In this document: positions 8,634-21,100 of the stretch, in pieces | How positions within the stretch are numbered: the stretch's first letter is position 1 | How the letters are laid out: every line of letters begins with the position of its first letter | Assembly (NCBI GenBank): GCA_023268715.1 | Contig: JALRLV010000001.1 | Span: 6,383-70,382 of the forward strand | DNA: 64,000 nt | Direction: 5' to 3' | Source: Candidatus Thalassarchaeaceae archaeon | Lineage (GTDB): Archaea; Thermoplasmatota; Poseidoniia; Poseidoniales; Thalassarchaeaceae | Notes under the pieces: generated by a model | The model's database searches: none | What the model was told of the DNA's origin: nothing | The model's input: only the letters and a program-made list of their open reading frames with translations | Translations under genes and position numbers: made by a program

Positions 8634-10432
8634 GCAATCACCTCTTTTGTATCGCTGGATAGGGTCTCTAATATCATATCAGCGTATACTCGGGCACGAG
8701 GAGGAATTCCATCGCTGAAAGCAACAGAATGCAATTTGCTTAGGAGTTCAACTGGTAACTCTTTGCGAAGAATTCCGAATAGCTGACCATCTCGGTTTAT
8801 CTCCAATACCACTACTTGATCATGTTCTGCAATAAATCGTTCTACCTCTGAGTGGTATGGCAACGCCCTGACTCTACAAGTGCTAACCTTCATGCCTGTA
8901 GTTGATTCGAGAATATCATCGATTTCTGTGATCGTATTTTCAACAGAACCGTAGTAGATTATTCCAACCTGCTTGTCCTTTTCTTCACGCATGACTGGAG
9001 CAGGAAGTTTGTCTCTTGCACCCTCAATCTTGCGCTTCAAACGAGCCACAGTAGCTGCATATACTTCGGGATCTTCGGAATATACTCCATCTTCATCGTG
9101 TCCGGTGCCTCTGTAAAGAATTGGCTCTAATCCGCTACCTGGTAGAGTTCGATATGGAATTCCATCTCCGTCTACATCTCTGTATCGTCCAAAATTCTCG
9201 ATAGCATCGAGTTGTTCTTGGGTTCGAATTACCTTGCCTCTGTCCAACTTCTGGTCTGGATATTCGAATCCTGCTGTTACCCATCTATTCATTCCTAAGT
9301 CTAAGTCAGAGAATCCGAAGACAAGAGTCTGGTATTGTTCTGCTACATCGAAGGCCCGCCAACCAAATTCAAAGCATTCATCGACTGTTCCGGGAATCAA
9401 TACAATATGTTGAGTGTCTCCATGGCTAGCTTCGTAAAGCAAAGTCAGGTCACCCTGTTGAGTTCTAGTTGGAAGTCCGGTCGAAGGGCCTACTCGATTT
9501 ACGTCCCAAATTACTCCGGGGACCTCAGCGAAGTAAGCCAATCCAATGAACTCGGACATCAAGGAAATACCCGGCCCGCTGGTACAGGTCATTCCTCTTC
9601 CACCAGCCCAGCCTGCTCCGACTACCATTCCTACAGCCGCTAATTCATCCTCGGCTTGGATAACTGCACAAGTAGCTCCGCCGTCTTCCGCTTGGCGAAG
9701 TTTTGGTAGCCAGTTGATGATAGATTCAGCAAGAGAGGATGATGGAGTGATTGGGTACCAAGATAACATGTTGATTCCACCAAAAATACATCCTAACGCG
9801 GCCGCTTCGTTACCTTCGATTAGGAATGTGTTTGGATCTTTATCTCGAGCCTCAACAGTATAGCCAATATCACAATTCCAGTTTTCTCTTGCAAATTCCC
9901 GACCCTCAGAGATGGCTTGAAGATTCAATTCTATCGCCTTTTCCTTACCGTTAAATTGCTGAGCCACAGCCGAAGCAATTGCTGCTTCATCGATACGGAG
10001 AGTTTCAGCAAGTGCCCCAACATAATACATGTTGGCAATCATTCTAGCAAGTTTTGGGTTAATAGCTCGAGCCATCTTTGTCATCGGCATTCCGAGCACA
10101 ACACAATCATCTCTTTCCACTGGCAATTTTACATCCATGTTGTGGATGATGATTGTCCCAGGCTCAGCCTTCTCCACATCAGCCAGCCAAGTATCCTTGT
10201 TCATTACAACCTGAATGTGAGTGACATCCCCTGGGGCCTGATAACCCTCATCACTAGCTCGGATGATAAACCATGTTGGTAATCCCGAGATATTGCTAGG
10301 GAAGAGATTTTTCCCGCTTACAGGAACTCCCATTTCGAACATTGAGTGAAGTAGAATCAGGTTCGCAGACTGCGACCCTGTTCCATTTGCAGTGGCGATA
10401 TTGATTGTAAAATCGTTGACGGTTTTTGCCAT
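8630..10432 (-). CDS. korA: 2-oxoacid:acceptor oxidoreductase alpha subunit (gamma+alpha domains)
   Basis: NGTGSQ, GNEA, YPITPSS, QAEDE, TSGPG, RVGPSTGLPT; start set at ATG 10432. Confidence 0.93.
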   Translation of the reverse strand: MAKTVNDFTINIATANGTGSQSANLILLHSMFEMGVPVSGKNLFPSNISGLPTWFIIRASDEGYQAPGDVTHIQVVMNKDTWLADVEKAEPGTIIIHNMDVKLPVERDDCVVLGMPMTKMARAINPKLARMIANMYYVGALAETLRIDEAAIASAVAQQFNGKEKAIELNLQAISEGREFARENWNCDIGYTVEARDKDPNTFLIEGNEAAALGCIFGGINMLSWYPITPSSSLAESIINWLPKLRQAEDGGATCAVIQAEDELAAVGMVVGAGWAGGRGMTCTSGPGISLMSEFIGLAYFAEVPGVIWDVNRVGPSTGLPTRTQQGDLTLLYEASHGDTQHIVLIPGTVDECFEFGWRAFDVAEQYQTLVFGFSDLDLGMNRWVTAGFEYPDQKLDRGKVIRTQEQLDAIENFGRYRDVDGDGIPYRTLPGSGLEPILYRGTGHDEDGVYSEDPEVYAATVARLKRKIEGARDKLPAPVMREEKDKQVGIIYYGSVENTITEIDDILESTTGMKVSTCRVRALPYHSEVERFIAEHDQVVVLEINRDGQLFGILRKELPVELLSKLHSVAFSDGIPPRARVYADMILETLSSDTKEVIA

Positions 10433-10626
10433 CCTTTTCCGGCTCTCCAGGGGGTCTAGGTGCACATGCGGTATGCTTGGGCAGCGTGCGCCGTGCTAAG
10501 ATTGGTCTTAGCCGTTCCCGTTCAGTAATTCCCCACTAACTGAGGGGCTAAGCAGCCATAATCTCGCTTTACAGGTTTGATTTTCCATCCGTTGCGGTTT
10601 TCAAGGGGTGCGTGGTCGGCGGGCTC

Positions 10627-11667
10627 ATGCCTACAGGACCGAGCTCTCTGAAGGACGCCCTATCAAGAGCAACCTCAATGATTGAATCTGGTGATGTTGA
10701 CGGTGCACTAGAATTACTCAGAACCGAAGCATGGGCCGCAGCAGAAAACAACTCTCACAAGGTGCAAGTCATTTCCTTGGCGGCCGAAGCAAAGATTGCC
10801 AAGGGTGATATTGACATGGCTAATCGAAAGGCACACTGGCAAGACGCACACAATAGTTACCAGCGTGCTCAGAAACTCGAGCCTTCTAACAAAGAGATTC
10901 GTCGTGCTCAAAACAAATTGGCATCAATGATGGATGAGCAATCGATATCTCTAGGCAAAGGTTGGCAATTATTCGACGATGGAAATCCAACGCCTACCGG
11001 ACTTGCAGCTGCATTCGTTGGTTTGATGGTGTTCTTAGTGGCCTTCAAATTTGCAGGAGAATCCTTAGAACAGCCATTGGAAAGTACCGATGTTACCCTA
11101 CAAGTTTCATACATTCACCCGGATGATCCAAACTCACGCCTAGAGGGAGAAATCGTCATACAATTGTATGCATCAGAAGCACCAAAGCATGTTGAAAATT
11201 TCCTCTATTTAGTAGATAACGGAATGTATGATTCAACAATTTTCCATCGAATTATTGATGGTTTCATGATTCAAGGCGGAGACATTGATGATATGAATGG
11301 CGCAGGTGGCTATGCCGGAATTTGGTATGGTTACTGCAACGGACAGATATCTGGAAGCAATGGAGAAATTTACACTTCTGAAAATTGTCCAAGAAGCGAT
11401 TGGACAGTACCTGATGAGGCGGACAATGGTCTCTTGCACGAGCCGAGTGTGATTGCAATGGCAAAGACTTCAGCACCCAACACTGGTGGTAGCCAATTTT
11501 ACATTGTTCCAACCGATAGTACACCAAGTCATCTTGATGGTGTTCACACAGTATTTGGGAAGGTAACTTCGGGAATGAATCACGTTGATGCAATTAGCAA
11601 AGTTGCAACTGGTGGTAGTGATAAACCAGTTGAGGATGTCCGACTTATTCAGGCTTACAGAAGTTAA
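10627..11667 (+). CDS. Membrane-anchored cyclophilin-type peptidyl-prolyl isomerase with N-terminal TPR-like helices
   Basis: APKHVENF, FHRIIDGFMIQGGD, AMAK...GSQFYI, HLDGVHTVFGKV; one TM segment; helical N-terminus. Confidence 0.9.
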   Translation: MPTGPSSLKDALSRATSMIESGDVDGALELLRTEAWAAAENNSHKVQVISLAAEAKIAKGDIDMANRKAHWQDAHNSYQRAQKLEPSNKEIRRAQNKLASMMDEQSISLGKGWQLFDDGNPTPTGLAAAFVGLMVFLVAFKFAGESLEQPLESTDVTLQVSYIHPDDPNSRLEGEIVIQLYASEAPKHVENFLYLVDNGMYDSTIFHRIIDGFMIQGGDIDDMNGAGGYAGIWYGYCNGQISGSNGEIYTSENCPRSDWTVPDEADNGLLHEPSVIAMAKTSAPNTGGSQFYIVPTDSTPSHLDGVHTVFGKVTSGMNHVDAISKVATGGSDKPVEDVRLIQAYRS

Positions 11668-11758
11668 GCTGGGAACAGCAACCCATCCGTCTCTAAATAA
11701 CTTACAATAGTCACATTGATGGAGGGTTCCCTCACCCAGTAAATCGCGGGGTGTCGTA

Positions 11759-14443
11759 ATGAAGGATTCAGAAGGCTTTGATTCACTGAGAACATTCAAC
11801 AAATCTGACGGCACAGAGGCCGATTTTCACTCACTTTCTCACCTGCAAGAATTAGGTCTCTGTGACCTTGAATCCCTGCCCTTCACCATTCGATTGTTGT
11901 TGGAAGCCGCGCTGCGAAAGTGCGATGATTTTCTCATTACTCGTGAAGATGTAGAACGCATTGCATCATGGTCGCCCTCAATGACTCCAGAAGAAATTCC
12001 ATTCTCACCGAGTAGGGTAATCTTACAGGACTTCACAGGAGTTCCTGCTGTTGTTGATATTGCTGCCCTCAGAGACGCTATGGTAGAGTTGGGCGGAGAT
12101 CCTGAGAAAGTAAACCCACAAGTTCCTGTTGACCTGGTAATCGACCATTCTGTTCAGGTTGATGTCTCCGGCTTGTTTCCAGATGCAAGAGAGAAAAATT
12201 TGGAGATTGAATACCAACGAAACATGGAGCGCTATGAATTCCTAAAATGGGGTCAGCAAAGTTTGGATAATTTCCGTGCAGTACCACCTGGCCGCGGTAT
12301 TGTTCATCAGGTGAATCTAGAGTGGATTGCTAGTGTTGCTAGAGAAGAAAATGGTGTATGGTTACCCGACACTCTAGTCGGCACAGATAGTCACACAACC
12401 ATGATCAATGGCCTTGGTGTTCTAGGCTGGGGTGTCGGTGGGATTGAGGCTGAGGCGGTAATGTTAGGTCAGCCGATTTACATGCTTCTTCCAGAAGTCT
12501 GTGGTTTTGAGTTAACCGGCTCGCTAAGACCTGGAGTAACAGCCACCGATATGACACTAAGGATAGTACAGATGCTGAGGGAGCATGGAGTGGTTGGAAA
12601 GTTTGTAGAATTCCATGGCTCAGGGCTTGCAAATCTAAGCCTTCCAGACAGAGCAACAATTGCTAACATGGCTCCTGAATACGGGGCAACATGTGGATTC
12701 TTCCCAGTCGATGAAATCACCCTAGATTACATGCGACTTTCAGGCAGGGATGAATCTCATATTGAAGATGTCAAAAGCTATCTATCTGCTCAGGGAATGT
12801 TCCACACATCAAAAACTCCTACTCCCTCTTTTACAAGCCACCTGTCGCTCGATTTATCGACTGTAGAGCCCGCATTGGCTGGTCCGAAAAGGCCACAGGA
12901 CAGGGTCGACCTTTCAGCGATGAAAAATCATTGGAAAAACAGTCTAAATGCACCACTCGGTCATAGTGGACATGGGATTGAAGAAAGCAAGAATCAATCC
13001 TCTGCTACAGTCGGTTCTAGAGGAATTGATCTGAAACACGGCGATATCGTAATCGCCGCGATAACTAGTTGTACGAACACAAGCAACCCCAGTGTAATGA
13101 TTGCCGCTGGTTTACTGGCACGAAAAGCTAGGGAAGCGGGATTATCGATTGCACCCAGTGTAAAGCCAAGTTTGGCTCCGGGTTCTAGAGTTGTAACCGA
13201 GTATTTTGATGCCGCTGGACTTACCGAAGATCTGGACTCTCTGGGATTCAGCGTGGTTGGATACGGATGCACCACCTGTATAGGAAATTCCGGCCCCTTA
13301 GATGCTGATATCGAAGCAGCAATCGATGAGGCGGATTTGATTGTTGGAAGCGTACTCTCAGGAAATCGAAATTTCGAAGGTAGAATTCATCAGAAGGTCA
13401 AAGCAAACTATCTTGCAAGCCCACCTTTAGTGGTAGCTTATGCAATAGCAGGCACGCTAGATATTGATTTTGAGTCAGAGCCGATAGGAAATGGAGAAAA
13501 TGGTCCCGTAATGCTAGCCGATATTTGGCCAAGCGACGATGAGATCAAACAAACTATTGATACTTCAATCGACCCAGAAATGTTCCGAAAGCGCTATTCA
13601 GATGTTCTGCAAGAACCACGATGGGACGCGATTAGTAGTTCAGAATCTGCCCTGTACCCATGGGCAGATGATTCAACTTATGTGCGACTCCCTTCCTTCT
13701 TTGAAGGAATACTTCCAAAACCTGCTCCAATTGAACCTATTCATGGAGCAAAAGTTCTCCTCAAGTTAGGAGATTCTGTCACTACAGACCACATTAGTCC
13801 TGCTGGCGCTTTCCCTCACCATGGGCCAGCAGGCGAATACCTGATTTCAAAGGGAGTCGAACCTCGAGACTTCAACTCATTTGGAAGTCGACGTGGTAAT
13901 CATGAGGTGATGATGAGAGGAACCTTCGCCAATGTTCGTATTCGAAATCATATAGCGCCCGGGACTGAAGGGGGTTTCACCACTCATTTTCCAACGGATG
14001 AAGTAACTTCGGTATTCGATGCCAGCATGAGGTACCAAGCAGAGGGAACACCACTCGTAGTATTGGCAGGTACTCAATACGGAACAGGTAGTAGCAGAGA
14101 CTGGGCTGCTAAAGGCACACTTCTCTTGGGGGTGAAGGCTGTGATTGCGACCTCCTTTGAGAGAATTCATCGCTCCAATCTAGTTGGAATGGGTGTACTA
14201 CCATTGACTTTCCCAGAAGGTGAAAACGCAGACTCATTGGGTCTTGATGGGACAGAGACTTTCGATATTCCCGCCAGCGCTGATTTAGTTCCACTATCCA
14301 CCATCAGAGTGAAAGCGATAAAGGAAAATGGAGATGTTATTGAATTCGATGCTATTGTAAGATTAGACACTCCAGTGGAGGTCGACTATTACCGAAATGG
14401 GGGCATCCTTCAGACCGTTTTGCGTAATTTGGCAGAGACTTGA
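11759..14443 (+). CDS. acnA: Aconitate hydratase A
   Basis: [63 protein letters not shown]. Confidence 0.98.
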   Translation: MKDSEGFDSLRTFNKSDGTEADFHSLSHLQELGLCDLESLPFTIRLLLEAALRKCDDFLITREDVERIASWSPSMTPEEIPFSPSRVILQDFTGVPAVVDIAALRDAMVELGGDPEKVNPQVPVDLVIDHSVQVDVSGLFPDAREKNLEIEYQRNMERYEFLKWGQQSLDNFRAVPPGRGIVHQVNLEWIASVAREENGVWLPDTLVGTDSHTTMINGLGVLGWGVGGIEAEAVMLGQPIYMLLPEVCGFELTGSLRPGVTATDMTLRIVQMLREHGVVGKFVEFHGSGLANLSLPDRATIANMAPEYGATCGFFPVDEITLDYMRLSGRDESHIEDVKSYLSAQGMFHTSKTPTPSFTSHLSLDLSTVEPALAGPKRPQDRVDLSAMKNHWKNSLNAPLGHSGHGIEESKNQSSATVGSRGIDLKHGDIVIAAITSCTNTSNPSVMIAAGLLARKAREAGLSIAPSVKPSLAPGSRVVTEYFDAAGLTEDLDSLGFSVVGYGCTTCIGNSGPLDADIEAAIDEADLIVGSVLSGNRNFEGRIHQKVKANYLASPPLVVAYAIAGTLDIDFESEPIGNGENGPVMLADIWPSDDEIKQTIDTSIDPEMFRKRYSDVLQEPRWDAISSSESALYPWADDSTYVRLPSFFEGILPKPAPIEPIHGAKVLLKLGDSVTTDHISPAGAFPHHGPAGEYLISKGVEPRDFNSFGSRRGNHEVMMRGTFANVRIRNHIAPGTEGGFTTHFPTDEVTSVFDASMRYQAEGTPLVVLAGTQYGTGSSRDWAAKGTLLLGVKAVIATSFERIHRSNLVGMGVLPLTFPEGENADSLGLDGTETFDIPASADLVPLSTIRVKAIKENGDVIEFDAIVRLDTPVEVDYYRNGGILQTVLRNLAET

Positions 14444-14474
14444 ATTGAAATCTGAAAACCCAACCGGTGATAAC

Positions 14475-15101
14475 ATGACTGACGAGGCGAATATCCGCTT
14501 TTCATTCCGCTCGAATGAGCATGATGTAGAAGTTGTAATTCAGGGTCCACCGTCTTGGGTTAACCTATATCGTGAACGAATAGGCCTCGAAGGAGACATA
14601 GGATACACCCAATCAGTTCACGGCTCAAGTACAGATTCTTCTGAAGGCTCTGAAATCTCAAAAGCCGCAAGAGAACTACCTGGGCCACCTCCTGATCCAA
14701 GTCGATTACCTTCTATTGTAAGAGTCGTCGGAGACCTCGACGTAGATGCCGGTGTATCGGAATTAGGAGTCCCTGAAAGAACCGAACCTAACCTTGCAGA
14801 AATCAGTTTATTTTTAGAAGAATTAGAAGAAGACCCCGAGCCACTATCTGATAATATTTCAGGAGATCCAATGGCTGAATCTTGGATTCAACTGGTGATG
14901 ACTTTAGTGGTTCGGGAACATGGCCACACCTCGCTTTCAGTTGGCTCAATAGAGAGCCTACTGAGTGACCGAATCAATCGCTCCGGAGTCGAGCTTCAGA
15001 TGTTCCTAGACAGGCTTTGGTTGCTCGGTAAACTTGAGCGAATACACGGCGGTGCTGAGACTCAATACGCTCCCAATCCGAGTTGGCTTGAAGCAAGTTA
15101 A
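14475..15101 (+). CDS. Hypothetical protein, possible C-terminal winged helix
   Basis: ATG preceded by GGTGA SD; C-terminal helix-helix-LWLLGKLER-hairpin pattern. Confidence 0.6.
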   Translation: MTDEANIRFSFRSNEHDVEVVIQGPPSWVNLYRERIGLEGDIGYTQSVHGSSTDSSEGSEISKAARELPGPPPDPSRLPSIVRVVGDLDVDAGVSELGVPERTEPNLAEISLFLEELEEDPEPLSDNISGDPMAESWIQLVMTLVVREHGHTSLSVGSIESLLSDRINRSGVELQMFLDRLWLLGKLERIHGGAETQYAPNPSWLEAS

Positions 15102-15170
15102 TTTTGCGAATTTCAGCCATCAACCCCATAGGGGTTGGAAAAACATCATCCCATTAGGCATAATAATGAA

Positions 15171-18100
15171 ATGAAATTCGGCCAAGCCATGATGTCCCTG
15201 TCCACGAACGCCCAATCTGAATCAAAAGAAGGTCGAGTAGCGATTTTCTTGGTTATGCTGATGTTAAGTTCTACAATGCTATCATTGGTTCCAACCGTAT
15301 CCGCTTCACGCATTACTCAATATGCTGTTCAGAGAGATCCCTCTTTCATTTCGATAGGGGATATTGACTGTGACGATCACAATGATATCGTCTCGGCTAG
15401 TTCAATGGGTCACTTCATTACGGCACTCTACAATGACGGCATGGGTGGATTTGGAGACAGGCAGGATGTCTTCATCTCTAACAACGATTCATTCCGCGCT
15501 GGATTCAGGGATACAGCTGACGGAACTAGAGTCTATGTTGCCGATGTTGATGGTGACGGTGTTAACGACGTTGTCTATTACCAACAAAACATCCGATTCG
15601 TTGGAGGGCCCATGGTTCCTGGAAATCTCACTGTACTTTGGGGAGATTGTGATGAAAGAATCAACAATTGGAATCCTTCTGAGGCAATTACAGTTAGCAA
15701 CCCATATCTTCAGGACATGGATGTCGAGGATATCGACGGAGATGGAGATGCAGATATTGTAATGAATGTAGTAGACCCTACCTTCACAAATAACTACATC
15801 AACATATACAAGGGTCCTGATCCAACTCAAATAACAGCCCAACAAACTATTCCAGTTCCACTAACCACTGGATTGTACACGAACCTAATTCTAGGTCATT
15901 GGGGAGAGGATGTTCTCGGTGGTGGAATCGGCGGTTCTCTAGGTGATTGTGAAGATATGGACATTTGGCTGCTACGTTCCCCTCCATATAACACAGGTGT
16001 GGGATTCTCAAACGGCCACTATGACAACATGACTGTGCTTGAATACGACTGTACACTTGGAACCTATCCAAATCCCTTAGATGCAACTGCAAACGGCGTA
16101 CACAATTTCAAATTGGATGCCGAACACAACTATCCACTGTACGGAATCGACATTTCTGATACAAATGATGATGGTGAAATAGACCTGATTGCTGCAGTTG
16201 ATGGAATTACAGGCAATATATCCTATGCAACCCGTACAGGTTCATCTTGGGACACTCAAAATTATGTCACTCTAGGAGACTACTTAGGCGCCTCCATTAC
16301 CATTGCTGATGTTAATCGAGATGGAAAAATGGATTTCTTTGTTCCAACAGAGGTTACTCTAACTCGCTTGCAGGATTCAAGTGCACAGAACCAAACATAC
16401 CTGCTAGTAGACAATCTACGTGAAGTAAATACAGTAGAAATCATTCTCGGAAATCCTAACGGTAATGGGTACCTATCATCGCTTTCCTTCGATGTTGGTC
16501 GCCGACCTACCATGGCAGTTCCAGGTCAACTTGCAGGTGGAGAGAACAGTGCTTATGAGATAGCCATTGGACAGAGAGACAGGTCATACCGATTCGCAAA
16601 TAGCGCTATGTGGCTTGATACTCAAGGATGGGCCGGAGCTGGTGATTTCCTATCCGTCCTCAGTCTAGACAACGAAGATGTAGGAATAACAGAGGTTAGT
16701 ATTGCACCAGCGGCATATGATCCAGCGACGGGAGCAGCAATGATTGGCGAGGGTAACCGATTTGTCAACCTAACTGTGAAAAATACTGGTCTAAACCCTA
16801 TTTCAGGATCAATTGATGTCGACTTAGAAGTTAAGGAAGTTCTCGATGGAATCGACACCCTAGTCTACTCAAATGACTTCGAGGGCAACATCGACAATGC
16901 CAATTGCCCATCTTGTACGATTGTCCTAAAATCATACACCGGGGAATACGCTGCTGGCTCATCCTCATGGCACAAGGAATCGAATGCATCCCTCGATTCA
17001 AACGGTTCAGCCACGGACGATTGGTGGGAAGCTGACACAAACCCGACCACCTATATGTGGGCCGGAATGGACCATAACAACGAAGACAACGAATCTGGTT
17101 ATTACAACAACATGGATGAGGCATTCATTATCGAAAATGTAGATTTGACTGGTGCCGATGCGGCATATCTAGACTTAGATCTGTTCTGCAGCGCAGCATT
17201 CTTTGAATTGTATTTGGCCGAGCAATATGCTGTAGTTGAGCGTTGGTTGTATGAGGATTCCTGTGGTATCGAAGTTTGGAGTGATGGTAACGGATGGGAA
17301 CAAGTGTTCTTCACCGGTGGTTGGGACAATGAGAGATACCTGCGGCTCTACGGATTCGGATATGACCCGGAATACAACACATACAATGGAAACTTTGCGA
17401 CAAATACAATCTCACCTTGGGCCAGTTACTCTGGAGAAAATGCAATCGACCTTACTCGGTATGCAGGTGAGGTTATCGACATCCGATTCCGCTTCCGAAG
17501 CGGATTGATGGGAAGCGTTGGCCCAGACGGTTCGTCTCAGGACACTGGATTGGATGGGTTCGCGTTCGACAATATCTCGATTCGCAAAACCGATGTAATA
17601 TTCGGTTCCGAAGAAGTAGTGAGTCAAACTCTTACATTCTCTAACTTCGCAGCTGGTGCTACCGAAGAAGTTTCACTCACTGCTGATTTCATTGACAACC
17701 GAACCTACTACATCAAGACTGAATTGACCAATCCTAACGGATTCAACAACGCAGATGCAACAAATGACGAGGTCAAATTCCAAATTACTGTCAAGAACCT
17801 ATTCGACCCGGGTGTTGCAGAGGAGCCATGGCTTAGCCTAGAGAATGGATTGAGATATGCATCGGGCGATCGCGACATAGAGATTAGAGTTCAGAATTAT
17901 GGAAACACTTTGACCGACTTCCAATTGGAAACTGTAGTCAGGAACGCTCTTCCCGATCTAATCGCCATAGAGGATTTCTCAGGGTTAGAACCGATTTGGG
18001 AAGATGATGGAAACCAAAATGGAAGCCGTTTAGATGATACAAATGGAGACCATCCAATGCTACCACAAAGCAGAGGAGTCTTCAATTCCTTTGCATATTG

Positions 18101-21100
18101 GTTAGGTGACCCAGACGCAGGTTATGGGGACAATTGGGACGAGTCTCTAACTCTCGATCCATTCCAAGTCGCAGTTGGTGGAACCGACTTCACTTACCTA
18201 ACGTTTGATTACTTTGCAGAGGGAGATTATCTATCGGATTCGAATGGAAATATCCTCGCGATACGCGACGCCGCGGGACTAGAAATTGAATGGTCTAAAG
18301 GTGGAGAAATCTATCGCGGAACCGTTTGGGGAAGTTGGACGGATCTAAACGAAAATGGACTGAGGCCCTTCCAAGATGGTAGTGGCCTTGGGGCGTGTGA
18401 AGATTTCGACAATAATGGACGACTTGATGAAGTAGAATACATGGGTGACTATTCCGATCGTTACGAGTCGGTAGTTTGGTTTGATTCCGAAAGCTTAGTC
18501 AAATCCGTCATAATTGATATGACCCACATCACCCTGCTAAATCAGACCTCCAATGACACCTTTGAGTGGAGAGCCGAGTGCACAGATCTATCGGGGTCAG
18601 AAGTTACCTTGACATGGAGATTCCAATCGAATGACGACGGGGTCAATGGGAATGCAGGTCTTGCTGGATTTGCAGTTGACAACATTCGTATCGATGAATT
18701 CACTTTCGAAGATGACGGAACTTACATCAGTGACATCAACGGATTGGATGCTTCAGAGCGCCAAGACGTTACGGTGGCGACCCACGACTTTACGTCCGGT
18801 ATTTATCGAATAGACAGTAGGACTTTATTCAACAACACTATTCAAGGAACATCCTGGTTCAATCAATCAGAGATTACAACCGCGAATAACAACACCCAGA
18901 TTATATTCAGTATCGCAAGCGCCGACATAACCTTGATGGAACCAAATGTGCTTGATTGTGTCTCCGACATTACATACAAGTGTGCATACACATACGACTC
19001 GGCATCTCAGCACTCATTCACAGTACCGCTACTGAATGGAGTAATCGCAGGTGAATATGAGGTTAACATGAAGATTGTAGATATGACAACAGGTCAGACT
19101 GTCTACGAACAAGCGGCTGATAATGGGCCGTTCGATCTTGAACCTCATGCTCGAGACTTTGCCAATTGGACCGCGCCATACAATGGATGGTATGATGGCC
19201 GTAAATACAACATCAGTTTCTATGCAATATTGACTGAAGATGGAGACCCATCAGGAAACGACCGTTTCTTCGAGATTGAATTCCATGACACCGTCGACGT
19301 CGCAATTCTGTCTAACCCTACCGACCAGAATCGTTTGCAGAGGGTAAAGCAGGACCTAGAATCGATGGGTATGACATACACTCAACTATCGGTAAGCGAT
19401 TGGGATAGATACGCTACCGAAAATTGGATGTCACATTACGAGAAGATATTGCTACCATGGCAGACCGACTACAATGTCGAGTATGGAGAATACTACGAGA
19501 CCCTCGCATCCACCAGGGACTCTGACGGTCTATCGGTTACGGAGGTTCTAGAAGCATACATGGTAAATGGAGGAACTGTTCAGATTCACCTAGGACCATA
19601 TCGCAACGAATACCAGCCAAATCGACTGCCTTTCGGAATGGACATTGCAATGCGAAATCAATGGAATAATACAGTCACAAACGAAGACCTAGTGATTGTC
19701 GATGCTTACCACCCATTGATGACTAACGTCGACACTGCAGCCTTCGCAGGGGTTCATGGCGGATCTTACGTTGCTTTGGCAGGACTCGATACTGCACAGG
19801 TACAGTTCGACCAAATTCCACAAGTCTGTGGTGGCCGAATTAGCGATCCAACTGGAACCTTCCACACATTGATGCGAAGCGAATCATTCGATTCACAGTC
19901 ATTACTTTCGATTTGTAACCGTGGTGCAGGTGGAATGATAGTGACTACCTTGGATGTAGAGAATCCAAGCTTCTCTCAACCATTTGGTGGAACATCAATG
20001 CCGCTTCTATCGAATATGCTGGGCTATCATGTAACTCCGTACCCTAACAACTTTGGAATTGCTGGCGATGGATTTGACCTCACAGTGAATGGTGAAGCAC
20101 CCTCTATTGACACAGTAACAGGTGCTTATGCAACCATGTACATCAAGTCGAACTCCGAACTTGATTTCTCATTCTTGACTTCAGATTCATCTTTGGCCGA
20201 TAGCATTACCGCTGATTGGACATTACAATCCACAGACATGAATGAATCAGTCACAGGATGGTCAGGAGAGATAATTGACTATGGCGAAATCAGTCATTCC
20301 CGTCAAATCAGTCCTAGCATACCAGCATTGGGTAATTTCTGTGTTGGTGACACTAGCTCCTCCACAGGATGTAGAATAGGAGCAGAATGGCTTCTGACAT
20401 TGTACTTGCACGATGAAAACGGTCATACGCGAATCACTTACATTCGTCTCGTAACCGACGACACATTAGCTGATGAATTCCGACCTAACGCAGACTTACA
20501 ACTAATCGAAGACGACGTTACAGAAGAGTTTGTCAGCCTTGATGGAACTAAGACAGTCGGCGGTGTGGATTGGCCTATTTATCGAGTTAGATTGACCGAC
20601 AGCGGCGACATCAGTTTGTCCTTTGATTCTTCAGCAAGCTCTGATGATGACGCGCCAGAGGGTGAGAGAGGAATTGAGATGTTTGAGTACAGAGTATTCT
20701 TCGATTATCCTGTAGATTCTACAAATCCAACACTAGAAGGCCACACTTTCCAAGTGCCTAATGCAGCTGGTGGTGACATGTGGAATTACGTATTCCGAAA
20801 CATGACCAGTGATGGAACTTTGGAGAATCAAATTAGGCTAGAATTGATTGTATACGATCGTGCTGGAAAACAGTCAGATAAGGCACGAATTTACTTCATT
20901 GTGGTCGGAGAAGACTTCGGAGATGACCCACCAGTTGTCGATATTACTTCACCTCGTTCAACAGATTCTCAGAGTGAGGATTTGGTCACAATCAATGGAG
21001 TTGTGACTTCGGGTGCTGAAAATGGTGTTTTGATTGAGGTGGCATTGGATCCATCGGTTCTAGATTTGACTCCATCTCCTAAGGCAACTCAGAAGGCGCT

